DNA of 63,314 nt, filler included, from Octopus bimaculoides (lineage: Eukaryota), in assembly GCF_001194135.2 (NCBI RefSeq). It is 5 parts of 4 records of this genome, joined end to end, with 100 filler letters (N's around TTAATTAATTAA, not from the genome) between each part and the next. Parts side by side here need not be neighbours in the genome. Positions count along the whole stretch, not along the records: positions 52,275 to 63,314 come from NC_068987.1; 4 more parts are not named here. One strand, 5' to 3'. Position 1 is the first letter of the stretch. Each line of letters opens with the position of its first letter. The notes beneath the pieces were generated by a model. The model saw only the letters and a list, made by a program, of their open reading frames with translations, was not told the origin of the DNA and searched no databases. The translations under genes and the position numbers were made by a program. Positions 62,257 to 63,314 of the stretch are shown piece by piece.

Positions 62257-63107
62257 TGATACTTATACACGCACACTCATGCCATGTGTGTGTGTGACAG
62301 AGAAAGAAGGAGAGAAAGAGAGAAAGTGAGATAGATAGAGAGAATGAGCGAGTTCGTGTTTGTTCAGTATGGTGGGTGTTAAGCAAAGCAAATCCATGCT
62401 TTCTAATCTTTGTTCCTTTTCTAAGCTGCTTTTCGTTCAAAACTGCATTGTATAGTCTATGGAATGACCTTTGTTGTCAATTTCTTTCACAATTTTGCTG
62501 GTTATCTGACACAAGGGTACACCCTATGTAGTCAAACTATTGGTTTCTCTTCAACGAGTCTCGTCGCTTATGATAAAGTTTGGGTGATAATTGTGAGGAG
62601 TGAATCTGTTGAGAGTTACTTTTTACAGTAATTTGATTTATAGTACGCTTGCTTCTGATCCGCAGACGACTGGAAGCCTTTTTCTCATATCTTATTGTGA
62701 CATCGAATTTGCAGTTGGAATAATTTTACCATCGGTGTCTTATCGAATACAGAAACTTGTGTTCTTATTAGGAGACAACTGAGACATTTACGAGTTTCCA
62801 AACAATGAATAGAGTAGATGCAAGTACGTCGTTTTCCTCTAAACATTTTCCAGTTCTGCTAGGCTTGGAAAGTGTATTACCAGGGTTCACTCAATAGGAG
62901 ATTTTATTGTTGCACTTGATACGGCAAAGGTGATATAGCTAGATGAAGCTGATGAGAAAATATGGAAGATATTCTATTGACTATATGATTTTTCATCATG
63001 TGCTTCTTGCACAACATTCCTCCATGGCAAGATTTAATTTGTGTATACAAATTTAATTTGCGGTCCATGGGAAGAGCTGTTTTAACGATGCGTCCTGCCT
63101 AGCTCTT

Positions 63108-63294
63108 AGAAACGCCGGTGTTAAAACGGATGTAGCTGATGAAGTAGAATGTTCTCTATGTGGCTTGTGTGTTTTCTCGTCTCTGTTTTGTTTGCAATGT
63201 CCTGTACCCAGATATGCACCTATACATACAGGTGGATGTCGGTATGCACATACCTGTACGTATATATGCATATACTCATTTACTATTTGTTTAT
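63108..63294 (+). mobile_element. Young non-autonomous repeat, copy 2
   Basis: See 46188-46400. Confidence 0.85.
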
Positions 63295-63314
63295 ATATAT
63301 ATATATATATATAT

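Noticed and set aside
218-63271. Most ORFs in the six-frame track (HT/YI/CV/TYLP/poly-F/poly-E repeats and X-filled ORFs)
   Set aside because: They are translations of microsatellites or read through N gaps; no protein signal.

Overview
AT-rich, gap-ridden eukaryotic DNA dominated by repeats. It is almost certainly from an Octopus genome: this is inferred from several abundant tRNA-derived SINE families of the octopus type and very dense (AT)/(AC)/(ACAT)/(GAA)/(ACC) microsatellites. No protein-coding host gene can be identified with confidence, and there is no rRNA, true tRNA or CRISPR array. Nearly all long ORFs in the track are microsatellite or N-run artefacts. The recognisable coding remnants are all transposon relics: four 3' ends of an R4/Dong-like RLE LINE, a Hero-like RLE LINE RT fragment split by a foldback element, a CR1/L2-type 3' end, four Penelope-like (PLE) fragments (one only a non-coding tail), a Ty3/gypsy relic with one LTR, a mariner transposase relic and two mariner MITEs. 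The most interesting signals are: (i) the R4-like LINE copies sit in, and apparently nest within, (ACAT)n arrays; (ii) a PLE-type minimal hammerhead ribozyme motif, plus two more degenerate candidates; (iii) 5'-inverted geometry in one PLE and in the gypsy relic; (iv) several long foldback structures that could form dsRNA; (v) a few microexon-like splice-site pairs, one of them duplicated. Four 44N-TTAATTAATTAA-44N spacers are artificial scaffold joins, so linkage across them is unproven. All family assignments come from motif recognition by eye, not database searches.
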